From positions 256,001 to 320,000 of the forward strand of contig CM000434.1 of assembly GCA_000165345.1 (NCBI GenBank): a stretch of DNA of 64,000 nt. Direction: 5' to 3'. Positions within the stretch are counted from its first letter, which is position 1. Each line of letters opens with the position of its first letter. A model generated the notes under the pieces. It was given only the letters and a program-made list of their open reading frames with translations, searched no databases and was not told where the DNA came from. Positions 1-11,408 of the stretch are shown in pieces. Position numbers and translations under genes: made by a program.

Positions 1-633
1 GATTTACCAGAGGATTTAATATCTAGGCCATTACCATTATCTCATGAATGGATTGTATGGGAACAATTAAATGTGGAGACAAGAAAAGATTTAGACTACT
101 CAAATGCAACAAAGCCAGTTGCCAGGTTTTCATCTGTTCAACAGTTTTGGTGGCTATGGCATAATATTCCTCAGCCTTCTGAGTTATTAAAGGGAAAAAG
201 AATGATTAGAGAATCATCAGATGGTTCAAAGAGTGTAGTAGACGCAGTGATTTTATTTAAAGAAGGTATCCAACCAATGTGGGAAGATCCAATGAATGCA
301 ACTGGTGGTCATATTCACTTTAGAGCTTGGCAATCATCAGTTGTTCCTGGAGAATTAGATACAATGTGGAATAATTTGGTTTTGGCTGTGATAGGAGGAA
401 GTTTGGAGAACTCTTCTATAGTTAATGGAATTAGATTGGTTGATAAACTTGGAGGTAATAAGGGTAATATTAGAGTTGAGATATGGTTTTCAGATTTTTC
501 AAATCAATCAGCCCATCAAGCACTTCTTAAGGAAATTGAGACTTTAATGAGTAGCTTATTGGATGGTACATCTTGTGAGCCTCCTCATTTTGAAGTTAAA
601 TCGCATTCAAAGTCAAAACCCGATGCAAATTAA
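1..633 (+). CDS. eIF4E: Translation initiation factor eIF4E (cap-binding protein), 5'-truncated by the window edge. Frame 1 is open from nt 1, and the listed ORF (73..633) is its in-frame continuation.
   Basis: Tryptophan-rich cap-binding signature: ...SHEWIVWEQ..., FWWLWHN and GIQPMWEDPMNATGGHIHFRAW resemble the eIF4E W-motifs (HPLQ..W.FWF; G.EPMWED..N..GG.W). Stop at 631-633. Confidence 0.8.
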   Translation, partial: DLPEDLISRPLPLSHEWIVWEQLNVETRKDLDYSNATKPVARFSSVQQFWWLWHNIPQPSELLKGKRMIRESSDGSKSVVDAVILFKEGIQPMWEDPMNATGGHIHFRAWQSSVVPGELDTMWNNLVLAVIGGSLENSSIVNGIRLVDKLGGNKGNIRVEIWFSDFSNQSAHQALLKEIETLMSSLLDGTSCEPPHFEVKSHSKSKPDAN

Positions 634-924
634 AAAGAAACAACAAATGTTGGGGATAATTTATTTTGAGAGATTTATAAGTTTTAAAAAATCTTAGTTT
701 GATTGAAATTCTCTCTTATCTTTTTCATTATTAATTGACAGAAAATTCAGAATTAGAATATATTTTTTGACTTATTAATAGAGGAATATAAGTAGTCTAA
801 AGGATTTATCTTATTATTTCAGACTCTGTATAAGAAAAACTACTACATTTTAATATTACGATTTCTTTATATCAGAAGTTAAGATTGCTAATATCTACTA
901 ACTTAGTTTAGTTATATCTATTGA

Positions 925-2622
925 TTAACTTGTTTGCTTCTTTGACTTCTCTCTCTGAATCCATTCTCTCCCCAAAAGTGGTTTTTCTGGGATATTACTT
1001 GACAGAGCCCTTCTTAGTACATGATTCTTTTCTCTGTTTGCAATTTCTCTACTAATAAGAGTGGAAATCAGGTTAACATCGTCATTACTTATCCGACTAA
1101 AAAGTTTTTTCAAGAAAGTTATCTTCTTTTTTGTTTTTGAAGTATTAAACTCTTTAATTAACAGCGATAGACCTTTCTTTGTCATTATTTTTCTAGCTCT
1201 TCTTTTACTTGAACCACTTCTTCTACTTGTTTTAATGGGATCTGTCTGTGTTGCAACAGAAACATACTTATACGAAGTATTAGTTTCCTGAGGTTTTGTC
1301 AAATTCTCTACTTGAGTGGAAACTTCTTGGATTTCTGGTTTCTCAAAAGTGATTGCAATCTCTTCATCTTTTGTATTGCTACCAGTAGAACTTGTGGTTG
1401 AACCTGATTTAGCACTAGAAGAGGAGGCCTTACTATTATCATCTGGGAACTCAACATTATTTTCGAAATCTGAAGAGAACTCTGACTCTTCTGCTTGCAT
1501 TTCAGATTTGAGTTTCTTGCTTTCACCATCCTCTTCCTCACTCTGAGAAGAATTCTGAGGTTTCAATTCAGTCTCATCATTTGTTTGTGAGCTATAACTA
1601 GATTCTGAATTTGTATTAGTTTTAGCTTCTGTATCAGTGGTGTTTTTTTCTTCCTCGGATGCAGAATCCACTGTTGGAAGATTATATGTGGAAGATTTTA
1701 GTAGTAATTGAAGTTCAACTTCATCCGATGAAGCTTCAGAAGTTCCTGGTAACAATAATCCCGAACCTGAATTTGATGTTGAGGCTAAGTTTGATGCTGA
1801 GGCTGAACCTGCAGGAGGTTTTGATCCAGAATCTGAATCTGGTCCTACAGAAGAGAGTTCAGGATGGATTTCCTCTTTATAGCCTCTGAGACCTCTTTGA
1901 GATGTTGAAGAGTATGACTCTTGAGAATCTTGGCTTAAAGTTTTAAGTTCGCTTTCCTCGTGATCTAACTTAATTTCTTCATCTGCTTGGTTTGAAGAGG
2001 AAGCATGATTAAATGTCGAGGTTTGAACTGAACTTGAGAATGAATCTGGAGCAGATTCCAAAGTTGATGCTGAAGATGATACTGCTGCAGATGAATCAGA
2101 ACTAGAATTTGAACTTGAACCTGAACTAGAGGTTGAAGTTGAGACCTGTTCCTGATTAATTGGAGTGGAAATAGTTTTTAAATGTAAATCTGAATCTTTA
2201 TTCTCAGATTCTGACTTTTGTTCCTCCTTCTTTTCATTAGTATTGATATCGTTATCTAATCTTGGAATTTCTTCTAAATCTAATGCTGGTGGTGCTTCCT
2301 CCATAAGTTTAATTGTGGAATGTTTTTCTGAAGATTTTTCAGGATCATCCTTATTATTCAATTCTTTTTCTTGAATAAAAGAATCAAAATCGCTACTATG
2401 TAAAAGCCCTATAGCTTCTGAAGAAGCACCATCATCTAAGCTTTCTGGCTTTTTGCTTGAGTCCTCACTATCTTGTGTATTTTTAACTTCTGTTAGATTG
2501 CTTTCACTCTCTTTTGCATCTGATGCATAAAGTAATTCAAAGTTTAAAAACAGTAAAATTACTATAATAAACAAGAATATAACAGAAATCTTTTTAAATC
2601 TGTGTAATCTTAAAAGCTCCAT
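925..2622 (-). CDS. Secreted acidic, Ser/Glu/Asp-rich low-complexity protein. N-terminal signal peptide and a basic C-terminal tail.
   Basis: 565-aa uninterrupted ORF. Hydrophobic N-terminus (ISVIFLFIIVILLFLNFELLYA). Long S/E/D-rich tracts. C-terminal KRRARK-type basic stretch. No recognisable catalytic domain. Confidence 0.6.
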   Translation of the reverse strand: MELLRLHRFKKISVIFLFIIVILLFLNFELLYASDAKESESNLTEVKNTQDSEDSSKKPESLDDGASSEAIGLLHSSDFDSFIQEKELNNKDDPEKSSEKHSTIKLMEEAPPALDLEEIPRLDNDINTNEKKEEQKSESENKDSDLHLKTISTPINQEQVSTSTSSSGSSSNSSSDSSAAVSSSASTLESAPDSFSSSVQTSTFNHASSSNQADEEIKLDHEESELKTLSQDSQESYSSTSQRGLRGYKEEIHPELSSVGPDSDSGSKPPAGSASASNLASTSNSGSGLLLPGTSEASSDEVELQLLLKSSTYNLPTVDSASEEEKNTTDTEAKTNTNSESSYSSQTNDETELKPQNSSQSEEEDGESKKLKSEMQAEESEFSSDFENNVEFPDDNSKASSSSAKSGSTTSSTGSNTKDEEIAITFEKPEIQEVSTQVENLTKPQETNTSYKYVSVATQTDPIKTSRRSGSSKRRARKIMTKKGLSLLIKEFNTSKTKKKITFLKKLFSRISNDDVNLISTLISREIANREKNHVLRRALSSNIPEKPLLGREWIQREKSKKQTS

Positions 2623-3814
2623 TTTTCTTAATTACGAATTTTCTGGTATCTGCTGCCTAAATAATATAATATAATTTTAAAATATAACCTTTTGTTTCCT
2701 TTATATTGATAAATCGGTTCTTATATAAAACTTTTAATATTACTATTTAAGAATCAATTACTTTCATATACTTTTAATCCACAATCCAAAATAATACTAT
2801 CGTTTCTCCTGCACTATTTTCAAGTAAAAAACTTATTTTCAACTTACTTAATTTTTAGATCGTAATTTATAGCCGCCACCCTACTGATCTATTTGACACC
2901 TTATTTGAAATCTCCCTTTAACTTTACAATTTCCCTAAGCTTTTAAAATATAACAATAGTTTTTTCAGAATTTACTCTTTGAAATGAATATTAAATTGCC
3001 ATTTCATTTTTTTTCATTTCTATCTATTTTTACTAAATAATATACGTCATTTTTGCTAGCCCCCCCCCACACCTTATTCTTTAAAGTCAAAATTTATTTA
3101 AAAAAAAACTGTAAGCAAAAATTTGGTAGGTATTAAACATTAGCCTTTTATTTCCGGCTAGCTTATAGATAAATTACAGATAAATAGAAGACTTATCAGA
3201 CTTACAAAGGTTAACTAATTTCTTATTATTGCTGATACCCTAATCATCTACAATAACTAGGGTGCAATAAGAAAATTGTTTAAATAAATTTTTAAAAATG
3301 CATGTATATCAGAACTCTATCTCTCTTTTGAATCTTTATAATCAATAATAAATGGACAACTATTTTTTGTGTATGCACCGTAAATTCACCATGTTTTTTT
3401 CCTCTATAATAATTTTTAATAAATTACATGTGGGCAAGGCGGTAAATTGCTAGATTAACACGTAATAGTTGACTTTCAATGAATTAAATTATGAAGAATA
3501 AATAAATTAATGGGTAAATATAGGTAGAATATGAATTTTAACTTAAAAATTAAAGTATTTATACATTTATATTTAAAAATATGAATAAATTTATTTAAAT
3601 GCTATGTTGTTAATGAATATTAAATTTATTAGCAATAAAGGGATAAATTTGTAATGGAAAATTTCAAAAATAATATTGGCAATATGCAACAATTCTCTTA
3701 TTAAATTATTCCTAATAAAGTTAGCGCAATTAATTTCAAATTTATGAACCAATATGGAGCATGAATAAAGTTTGTATATTTTTCTTTTAAAAAAAGTTGT
3801 AGTAAATCATTCAA

Positions 3815-4234
3815 TTAATCGATTATCATGTTTTTCTCTTCATCTTCAAATTCATCAAAAACTTTATAAGTATGTCTCTTTTTCCAATTACAATAGTTGC
3901 ACCTGTTAAAGATATTGGTTTTAACGAACTTTTTATTATTATTGTTATTGCCACCGGAAATAATTTGATCTTCAAGGATGAATTCGCAAGTAATGCCCGG
4001 AATAAAGTGGGTATTACATCTTTTACACCACAATCTCCTAGAATCTGGATCAATTCTAGCTAGTTTTTTCCTAGAAATTTCTCTTGCTAGACTATAGCAA
4101 TACCTAGAAAGCTCATTTGAAACTAATGCATATTGTTGGCTAACTTGAAGAAGAAAATTCATTCTATGATAAGCAGGTGCCACGGACATGCCTTCTTTCT
4201 TTTTCTCAGAATCTGGCTGAGAATTCTGCTCCAT
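3815..4234 (-). CDS. RNase P/MRP protein subunit Rpr2/Rpp21 family (zinc ribbon).
   Basis: The RMNFLLQVSQ motif is typical of Rpr2/Rpp21. A C-x2-C...C-x2-C zinc ribbon is present (CKRCNTHFIPGITCEF... CNYCNWKK), with the typical IPG-T segment. Confidence 0.65.
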   Translation of the reverse strand: MEQNSQPDSEKKKEGMSVAPAYHRMNFLLQVSQQYALVSNELSRYCYSLAREISRKKLARIDPDSRRLWCKRCNTHFIPGITCEFILEDQIISGGNNNNNKKFVKTNIFNRCNYCNWKKRHTYKVFDEFEDEEKNMIID

Positions 4235-5115
4235 AATTACTATCTATCAACTATAATAATTCTTATTACCAAATAATAATTAAATTAACTCATTAAAATA
4301 AACATGTAAACTAATCAATCAAATATAACCCTTTCTACCATTATTAGATTTGTAAATCTGTTTATTTAATAGTCTCACACAATTCTGATTTTTTTTCTTT
4401 TACATATTATTTTCTCTTGACCTATTTAACAAGATTTTCTTTATTTTTAGTTAAGTACTGATTATTTAATACTTGCCCGCCTAACAGTTTTTTTTCTAAT
4501 TATTTAATATTTTATTTACATTTAACTTTATATTTTAATATTTTTAGTTGCTTGATTTTTTTCACTAGTTACTATTATAAATACTTATCTTCATGTCTTT
4601 TCTTTAATCAATATACAATCATTTTTTTTTCTATATCTGGAGTGTCTTGTCTTTTGGCTGGAGTTAATAATTTATATATCGTATTAATGATATATTGAAT
4701 AAAAATCTATTAAAAATTGCAGAGAATTAATTTATTCAAGTCAAGTCAAATTTAGAAAAAAAAATATACTAAACATATTTTGTTAATTTATGCGTGCAAT
4801 TTTTATCCTCGAAATTACCGTCGACTTTTCTAAACTTGTTTAACTTTGGCGTAAACTTATTAAAAAATAATCCTTTAAGACTCTAAAAGAGAAAAAGGGT
4901 TCATAAATATATATATTTATATTTATATTAGCAAATGTTAATAATATAATAATACTTAATATACATCTTTATATGTATATTTATGTGTATTACATTTATG
5001 AAATATCTACTTAATAAATATATGCATAGTTCAATAAGGAAATATTTGATGCAAAGTTAATCGAATTTTATGCTCGGCTTTTAAAAAAACATTGAAATTT
5101 CCTCTCTATTATTGT

Positions 5116-5140
5116 GAGAGAGAGAGAGAGAAAAAAAAAA
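5116..5140. repeat. (GA)~8 dinucleotide microsatellite followed by A10, about 95 nt upstream of IscU.
   Basis: gagagagagagagag then aaaaaaaaaa. Confidence 0.85.
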
Positions 5141-5233
5141 GAGAATTGTGAATATTACGAACCATATTCACTCCTTTATTTGTATTGTATATTGCAATGC
5201 TAAGAGGTGGCTCTAATAGTGTAAATTTTAACT

Positions 5234-5686
5234 ATGTTGCAATTAAGACAGCTTATCGATAAAAGAATACTAATAAAGAAATGTGTTCCGATTTGTCAAA
5301 GACTTTTCTATAGTGATACTGTACATGATCATTTTAGAAATCCAAGAAATGTGGGGAGTCTCCCCAGTGATGACAAAAACGTCGGAACGGCAGTTGTTGG
5401 CAAGGCTTCATGTGGAGATGTCGTCAAATTACAAGTAGATATTAGGGATGGAATTATTAAAGATGCAAAGTTTAAAACCTTTGGATGTGGTTCTGCTATT
5501 GCCAGTACATCTTATGCTACTGAATTAATCATTGGTAAAACTACGGAAGAAGCTTTGAAGATCAACAACAAAACAATTGCAGATCACTTAAACTTACCTC
5601 CAATTAAATTGCATTGCTCTTTGTTAGCTGAAGATGCTATTAAACATGCAATTAAGAATTATCAAGACAAACAGCTCAAATCATGA
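5234..5686 (+). CDS. ISCU: Iron-sulfur cluster scaffold protein IscU/Isu1 (NifU N-terminal domain), with an N-terminal organellar (mitosome) presequence.
   Basis: Near-canonical IscU signatures: HFRNPRNVGSL, GKASCGDVVKLQ, KFKTFGCGSAIASTSYATE, LPPIKLHCSLLAEDAIK (the three conserved Cys plus His). The basic/hydrophobic N-terminal ~30 aa fits a targeting peptide. Confidence 0.9.
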   Translation: MLQLRQLIDKRILIKKCVPICQRLFYSDTVHDHFRNPRNVGSLPSDDKNVGTAVVGKASCGDVVKLQVDIRDGIIKDAKFKTFGCGSAIASTSYATELIIGKTTEEALKINNKTIADHLNLPPIKLHCSLLAEDAIKHAIKNYQDKQLKS

Positions 5687-6494
5687 ACAGCATTTTTTTT
5701 ATACTATATGTATATATATGTATGCATATAATCCAACCTGAAACTATTTGGTTACCAACTCGTCTATATAAAAAAAGAGAAAATTGAAGCTCATATTGAT
5801 TTAAACAGAGTTAAATATAATTTTTCAATGCCAAACACTTGATAAATATGACTATATTTAATATATTAATATTATTCAGCACAAGAATATGATTTTTAAG
5901 TTCCGTTCTCACATAAGATTGATTCAGCAGTCCTTTTACTGCATATTTGATCTTAATCTGTGTGATCTATTCTAATGAATCATCTTATCTCCCTTTTTAT
6001 TAAGTACTATTACTTAATGAATAGAACTTCAATTCTGTTCACTAAGAGGGAGATATTACTTTTATTTATTTATGCCTGCCATTAAACTAGGTTTTAATTT
6101 CCTTATATTGCAAACCCCTTAAATGCCTCTGTTTCTTATCTAGACACTTATACTAAGGATTCTCGGTAGGCTTTTCTTAAGAAAAAAGACGAAAAGAAAG
6201 GGAATGAAGTCACTGTGAAAAGTAATTGCAACAAAAACTTCTAATTTAGCTCCAAGTAGCAAATTGAAGCTAAAATTACGAGACGATGGTTCCCGCCAAA
6301 ACACGTAATTAAATGTTAAAAATGACATTCGATATTAATTTACCTCGAATCCGATTTAATTCTAATATTTTTTTTATTGAAGTTCTGAGAATCATTATCA
6401 CTACCGTTTTCGGAATTTGAATTCATAAAAGTTGATAATACTACACTTTGGAAACAATTAAATATATTTATATAAGATGAAAATTGAGTAACCA

Positions 6495-8246
6495 TTACTT
6501 GGGCGTTGAACAAAGAAATTTGTGTGAACTACTTACTTCAAATATTCCATAGTCTACATCTGTTGAATTCGAATTTTTATGTTCAGCCCCAAGTAAATTT
6601 TCTGAATAGTTCTCATTATTTTCGTTCTCCTCCTCCTGAAGAATCTGCTTAAGTCTTTGCCTTTGGCTTCTTAGTAAAGGAGACATTCTGGGAGGTATCA
6701 ACCTCTCTGAACTATCACTAAAAGTTTTACCACGCAAATAATTTGGAGTAATTTCTTGAGAAGAAACATTTCCAGTATTTAGATCGGAAAAATTATTTGT
6801 GAGAGTTGTCTTCTGTGAAAGATTGGTATTGCTTGTAACTATTACACTACTATTTGGAGGATCTGCTTCTTTCTTTGAACTTGATTCAGCTGTTTCTGTA
6901 ATTCCAACAATAAATTTTCTTCTGATAGTATTGTTTGGGCTTATTCTATAGCTTGGTGATGTAAAGAGTATCTCTCCATCGCTCTGGCTTAGAGAATAAA
7001 GCTCATATTCTTCTGAAGGAGGAGTCTCCAAATTCTTTTCTTTTTCTGGCTCTGTTGGTAAAGCCTCCTTCATGGAGTATGAAACTGAGTCTGGCTTGTA
7101 AACATTGCTAAAGTCTTTATTCTCTATAATGATATGGTTTGTTTTATTAACAGAAGTTGAACTACTATTGATCGGAGTAAGGCCGTATTCCTCTTCTTTC
7201 TGTTTCTTTTTAATCTTATCCGAACTTAAACCAAAACTACTAGATTCACGTTGCTTCCCTAAATAGCTTAAATTCTCTCTCGACCCACGTACTGGGCAAC
7301 TGTTTCTACCTGCCTGAGATCCATTCCTTGCCTTTCTTTTAGATGACACAGAACTTGGGTTCGAATTTGCGTTACGACCAAAAGATGTGTTTTTCTCCTC
7401 TTCTAAAATTCTCATATTTAAAATATGTTCCATTCTCTTTATTTCACGTAGTCTAGTATCCAATTCTTCGTTCTTATATTTGATTTTCTCTTCTCTACTT
7501 TGTAGAATCTCTTCCTGTCTCAATTTTTCTTGTCTTAAAGCCTCTTTAGTATGCTCTAAAGCCCTTCTTTCCCAATCAAGTTCCATTGATTTAAACTCTA
7601 ACTCAATAATTTCTGGGTCTCCATCAAAGTTACAACCAAATCCTGAACTTCCTGCGATAACTTCTCCATTTATAATAAATATAGGATATCCGCAATTACA
7701 TCTTCCAGTTGACTTGCCAAATTTTTCAGCTTGAATCTTCTTTGAATACTCTAAAAAGTCTGATTCATTTTTTTTGACCTTTAGCAAATAGTTTCTAAGT
7801 AATTCTAATTTGCTAAAAATATCCATATTTTGATCAGGGTCTGATGACTCTAATTCAAACTCACTTATTATTGAGTCTAAACTTTCAGTCATTTTTTTTT
7901 CTTTAAGCTTTAAGCTCTCCATAGCAGAATTAAATATCTTCTCAGTCTTTGCATTCACTACTCTTAAATACTCATTGTTTTTTTTTTCTTGTTCCAACAC
8001 CCTCAAAGACTCTGCTAAATTTGACTCTCTCTTCTTCAAATTTAACTCATTCTCCTTAAGTTCCAATAATGAAGCTCTTATCTCATTTTCTCTCTTATTT
8101 AGTGTACGCCTTAATATTTCAACTCCCGTCTCAATTGCCCTTTCATATCTTAAACTTTTTGGCCTGGACATATCTTTCCATTGAAATTTCAAATTTTTTG
8201 TTAATAATCTCCTTTTGCATGCAAACTTAATTATTATAAACCCCAC
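6495..8246 (-). CDS. Coiled-coil protein of unknown function. The real start is probably the internal Met (MSRPKSLRYER, about nt 8171).
   Basis: 583-aa ORF. Heptad-rich E/K/L/R segments (LLELKENELNLKKRESNLAESLRVLEQEKK...; EALRQEKLRQEEILQSREEKIKYKNEELDTRLREIKRMEHI). The first 25 codons of the maximal ORF look like read-through. Confidence 0.6.
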   Translation of the reverse strand: MGFIIIKFACKRRLLTKNLKFQWKDMSRPKSLRYERAIETGVEILRRTLNKRENEIRASLLELKENELNLKKRESNLAESLRVLEQEKKNNEYLRVVNAKTEKIFNSAMESLKLKEKKMTESLDSIISEFELESSDPDQNMDIFSKLELLRNYLLKVKKNESDFLEYSKKIQAEKFGKSTGRCNCGYPIFIINGEVIAGSSGFGCNFDGDPEIIELEFKSMELDWERRALEHTKEALRQEKLRQEEILQSREEKIKYKNEELDTRLREIKRMEHILNMRILEEEKNTSFGRNANSNPSSVSSKRKARNGSQAGRNSCPVRGSRENLSYLGKQRESSSFGLSSDKIKKKQKEEEYGLTPINSSSTSVNKTNHIIIENKDFSNVYKPDSVSYSMKEALPTEPEKEKNLETPPSEEYELYSLSQSDGEILFTSPSYRISPNNTIRRKFIVGITETAESSSKKEADPPNSSVIVTSNTNLSQKTTLTNNFSDLNTGNVSSQEITPNYLRGKTFSDSSERLIPPRMSPLLRSQRQRLKQILQEEENENNENYSENLLGAEHKNSNSTDVDYGIFEVSSSHKFLCSTPK

Positions 8247-9033
8247 AAATGTTTGTTTATAGTGTGGATGAATATTTCAAAAAATTCAATTCACTCAACT
8301 TATCTGAATTTCATAAAAAGTATCCAATTATTCAAAATTTTGGCTAGTTTAAATTGGTATATGACACAAAGAATAATTATATAGAATTAATACCTCTTCA
8401 AATTCCTCTTTATTCCCTCACTTGTATTAAGGAAATTTATTTTCCTACAAAATTCTTATAAAAATAATATTATTATTAATATTATATTTATATATAATTT
8501 TAATATGAGAATGTATTTATAAGTTGGATTTATCACGTTTATTACTCAAGTCACATGTGTTGACTAATTATTAACTTATTTACTAATGGTAGCTTTGAAA
8601 TTAAAAAATGAAAGATAAACTTTTGAAAAATATTAATATAATCCAATGGCCAACAAACCAAAATTCTTTAACTATGATTTGGAAAGAAATGTATTCAATT
8701 TAAATATGAGAAATAGGAAAAATGAAATATTGATTTTATTCTCTCAAGTCCTTTCAACCTTTTTTCGTTTCTCTATTAGAGCTTTTTGCCTTTTCACAAT
8801 ATTCCCCCCACACCCCACTATACCCACACACTACAAATATTGTTTATTAAGTACCAATCTAAAATTACAAACAATTTATTTATAAAATTCTCGTATTAAA
8901 TTACCACTTAATCATTCTCATCATACAGCTTTATCTATAATTTGTGCACCAAGTTTGTTCACCTATATTACTCTATTTCAAACAAACATCCCTCTTGTTT
9001 GTTTCTTAAATATTAAAAAAAAAGCATATTAAA

Positions 9034-9043
9034 TTTCCCGCGC
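9034..9043 (+). promoter_or_regulatory. E2F-like TTTCCCGCGC, about 285 nt upstream of EMC4. A second TTCCCGC half-site lies at about 9271..9277.
   Basis: Read directly from the sequence. Matches the E2F consensus TTTSSCGC. Confidence 0.4.
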
Positions 9044-9322
9044 TAAAATAACGTTATAATGTGACTAATTAGGAATAAAATGTAAATTAAAAATAATGAA
9101 TCGATAGATCCAACGCTTACAGAGGAATGGTAAATGCATATAGAGACTCAATTATTTTTTAATGATCTTGAATATTCTAATTAGGTAATTTTGAGTCAAA
9201 ACTTATACAAATTATATCATTTAGAAAACTATTTGCGACAGATTAATGTAACCACTCACCCCCCAAGATTCCCGCTCAAAATAATTTAACCCGACAAGAA
9301 GAAGCATTCCCAAGTCTCAAAA

Positions 9323-10012
9323 ATGACTGCAAACCAAAGAATGAGGAAAAATGAGCAAGAAGAGACACTCGAAAGCGACACAAGATCGAATCTTGGGAGC
9401 AGGTACGACGCATGGGTAATAAATCCAAAAACTATCGAAAAAAAAATTAATAAAAGTCCTGATAAACGAGTACTTATAGGATCAAGTCCTTGCGATCGTA
9501 CAAAGCAAGACCGCAACTCAAGTAGTAGCAATACTAACAGTCACTGCGCAAGTAACTCGACGCTAAACCCCAGAATAAAACACCAAGGCCCAACAGTATG
9601 TGCGATTGAAAACGCAGAAATACAAACAAACCAAAATGCCTCCGAAGCTTGCAATTTTGATAAGAAGGCATGGAGCATTGCTCATCTGCCACTTAAAACC
9701 ATGGGTATGACGTTTTTCATGCTATATATGAGCGGTAATAACGCCGGAATTTTCAGCATACTTGTCGTTAGCTATGCTCTCGTTAATGCAGTAAAGATAT
9801 TAATCCAAGCAAACAAGAACTTTCTTGAAATCGAGCGCGCAGCAAGAAAGCCGTTCAACATCCAAAAAGTGGTATATTGCCTATACTCACTCCTTGGAAT
9901 CGCCTTCATCCTCTTCAAGCTGGGCACTATGGGACTCATTCCTGTCAACCGCGGAGACTTCTTTTCGGACACACCACCTCACGCCTTTCCATTGTACGCC
10001 ATTGGTACATGA
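9323..10012 (+). CDS. EMC4: ER membrane protein complex subunit 4 (EMC4/TMEM85 family).
   Basis: KKAWSIAHLPLKTMGMTFFMLYMSGNNAGIFSI and KLGTMGLIPVNRGDFFSDTPPHAF align closely with conserved EMC4 blocks recalled from memory (...W.[21 protein letters not shown].ISIF...; ...SMGLLPTHASDW...). Two predicted TM helices, and an N-terminal low-complexity extension. Confidence 0.8.
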   Translation: MTANQRMRKNEQEETLESDTRSNLGSRYDAWVINPKTIEKKINKSPDKRVLIGSSPCDRTKQDRNSSSSNTNSHCASNSTLNPRIKHQGPTVCAIENAEIQTNQNASEACNFDKKAWSIAHLPLKTMGMTFFMLYMSGNNAGIFSILVVSYALVNAVKILIQANKNFLEIERAARKPFNIQKVVYCLYSLLGIAFILFKLGTMGLIPVNRGDFFSDTPPHAFPLYAIGT

Positions 10013-10433
10013 GAAAAATTCACAACCCGACAAAAAAATGAAACTTAGAAAAAATTTCAAGCTCGCTTAAATAAAAAATTAGTCTTTTCTGTTATTAATC
10101 CTCACTCGATCTAGCTCAAACATTAAAATCTTCATCACGCAAGGCAAACTAAGTAGCCAAATAATCTTCTAAGTAATCCTTCGAATTGTCTCGCCAAATT
10201 GCTTACTCTATTTTGCTTATAAGTTTACGATAATCAACTCATTCATACGAAAAAAACCTGCGGAACCCGTGGGAAAATTCTGGAAATTAAAAATTAATTA
10301 TTCTTCAGCATTGTAAAAACTGGCGTCCTGATTCAATGTAATAAACAAAACCCTTAATGCGAATTCGCACGAAAGATTTCCATTGCAATTACTCTTAAAA
10401 CTCTTAAACTTTTAAAATTTAATTGAAAAAAAT

Positions 10434-11408
<975 letters not shown>

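Noticed and set aside
1061-1889. Multiple 60-115-aa ORFs nested in or antisense to large genes (e.g. 1061..1291, 1659..1889, 7387..7734, 16813..17094, 23855..24109, 26180..26461, 28606..28857, 54883..55122, 58348..58677).
   Set aside because: These are typical spurious ORFs in AT-rich DNA. They have low-complexity, hydrophobic or K/N-rich translations and overlap strongly supported genes.
7560-7700. A glutaredoxin-like P-IFING--I-G motif inside the coiled-coil protein (CNCGYPIFIINGEVIAGSSGFG).
   Set aside because: There is no CPYC active site 40-50 aa upstream and no thioredoxin-fold context. It is most likely a chance resemblance.
8646-8885. 79-aa ORF in the intergenic region upstream of EMC4.
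   Set aside because: Short, low complexity and no signals. It overlaps the C-rich motif region and is probably non-coding.
10358-10369. Perfect 12-bp palindrome TGCGAATTCGCA in the gp60 3' region.
   Set aside because: It has no loop and is short. It is most likely a coincidental EcoRI-centred palindrome. Noted only because it sits about 65 nt downstream of the gp60 stop.
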